This document shows positions 63,084 to 64,000 of a stretch of 64,000 nucleotides of DNA, one piece after another. The stretch covers positions 13,577 through 77,576 of the forward strand of contig CACXEQ010000024.1 of the NCBI GenBank assembly GCA_902766725.1, read 5' to 3'. Position numbers and translations under genes: made by a program. The stretch comes from an uncultured Ureaplasma sp. (GTDB taxonomy: Bacteria > Bacillota_I > Bacilli_A > Mycoplasmatales > Mycoplasmoidaceae). The first letter of the stretch is position 1; each line of letters begins with the position of its first letter. The notes beneath the pieces were generated by a model. That model did no database searches. It was given only the letters and a program-made list of their open reading frames with translations, and was not told where the DNA came from.

Positions 63084-63350
63084 ATGGATGAAGAACAAGA
63101 AAAAAAAGATGAATTTAAAATAAAATGTTTTTTTATAAATATTGATATTATTTTTTCTCATCTTAAAATAGTTAAAAATCATTTTTTTAAATTTGAGGAA
63201 GATATAGAAAAAAATGAAATTGATATATCTAATGATAATACACAATTTGCATATGTAAGTGCATTTTCAACACATTTTTATGCATTTTATGATGTTCTAA
63301 AAGATTTAAATAAAAATTTAGAAAATATATTATGCTTATCGTTTAAATAA
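63084..63350 (+). CDS. Hypothetical protein (88 aa), possibly the 5' part of a frame-split gene
   Basis: Track ORF starting MDEEQEKKDEFKIK... It ends at a TAA at 63348..63350, where another frame is already open from 63322. Confidence 0.4.
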   Translation: MDEEQEKKDEFKIKCFFINIDIIFSHLKIVKNHFFKFEEDIEKNEIDISNDNTQFAYVSAFSTHFYAFYDVLKDLNKNLENILCLSFK

Positions 63351-63441
63351 TACACAATCTCTTTTGGATCAATTAAATTTTCCAGTAGAAATTAATAATT
63401 ATTTAAAACATCGATATGATTATCAACAATATATAAATGAA

Positions 63442-64000
63442 ATGAATAATTATTTATATGAAAAAACAAAAAAAACATTATTTTTGTTTTTAACTAAAAA
63501 TGGTAATTTTGATGAAGAAAATTTTAATTATGGAAAAAAATTTCTTTTTCAAGATCCATCAAATAAATTAAAGCATTTTACCAAACTTAAAAATATTTAT
63601 GATATATCTCCTTATATTTTATTAAATAACACAAAATATGTTGTTCATAAATTTAAAGAAGTTTTTAATTTGTGTCATTCGTTTATAGAAAGATTACGAA
63701 ATCAAAATTTTTTTATTGAAATGTATAAAAGAAATTACATCCATACTTTTATAAATAGTACAAATGAAGGTTATGAATTTTTTAACAAAATGAATGCCTA
63801 TTTATTTAACAATGAAAAAATTTTAAAACAAATACAAATGATGTTAGAAATAAAAGACATTGGTAATATGAAAAAAATTGATTTGTTAATTTGGGTTGAT
63901 TTAAACAAAATTTTAATGAAAATGAAAATATACTTTCAATTGCCTACCAGCAAAATACCAGAAATAAAACTTAGTCCAAAATTAATACTTTGTAGTTCTG
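63442..64000 (+). CDS. Hypothetical protein, partial (continues beyond the window)
   Basis: This frame has no stop from 63322 to base 64000. That is more than 220 codons in very AT-rich sequence, which is unlikely by chance. The first ATG is at 63442. The product reads ...MNNYLYEKTKKTLFLFLTKNGNFDEENFNYGKKFLFQDPSNKL... Confidence 0.45.
   Translation, partial: MNNYLYEKTKKTLFLFLTKNGNFDEENFNYGKKFLFQDPSNKLKHFTKLKNIYDISPYILLNNTKYVVHKFKEVFNLCHSFIERLRNQNFFIEMYKRNYIHTFINSTNEGYEFFNKMNAYLFNNEKILKQIQMMLEIKDIGNMKKIDLLIWVDLNKILMKMKIYFQLPTSKIPEIKLSPKLILCSS

Overview
This is a strongly AT-rich, gene-dense chromosomal segment of a Mollicutes-type (Mycoplasma-like) genome. It must be read with translation table 4 (TGA = Trp). 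Most apparent fragments in the standard-code ORF track rejoin into full-length conserved genes once TGA is read through. An example is the invariant Trp of the GyrB motif LIWEIVDNS, which is a TGA codon. I can support about 58 protein genes, one tRNA-Arg(UCU) and one T-box leader. I found no rRNA, CRISPR array, transposase or prophage.

Core content:
- DNA topology and repair: gyrB-gyrA, parE-parC, ligA, uvrA, fpg, ruvX.
- Translation: cysS, pheST, lysS, gatCAB, rplJL.
- Nucleoside salvage and glycolysis block: deoD-deoC-pdp-cdd-phosphohexomutase-tpiA-gpmI.
- NAD metabolism: a nadD-yqeK fusion, a NAPRTase and a sirtuin.
- Two sugar-nucleotide/glycosyltransferase loci: GT2-galE-galU, and GT8-GT2-hydrolase-glf-membrane protein.

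Accessory or unusual content:
1. A three-gene EcoRI-like restriction-modification cassette lies at about 7.1-8.9 kb. Its methyltransferase is out of frame at an internal (TA)10 tract. Its endonuclease is out of frame at two A8 tracts. A Cys-rich ORF of unknown function heads the cassette, and a small GC-rich island flanks it.
2. A 687-aa GmrSD-like DUF262/DUF1524 defence nuclease sits between uvrA and gatCAB.
3. Several Mollicutes-type unknowns are present: a membrane-protein pair at 18.2-19.7 kb, an HNH-like orphan at 45.9 kb, a DUF2779 protein coupled to lysS and rpe, and a frame-split ORF at the right edge.

All family assignments come from reading translated motifs by eye. No database search or computation was run.
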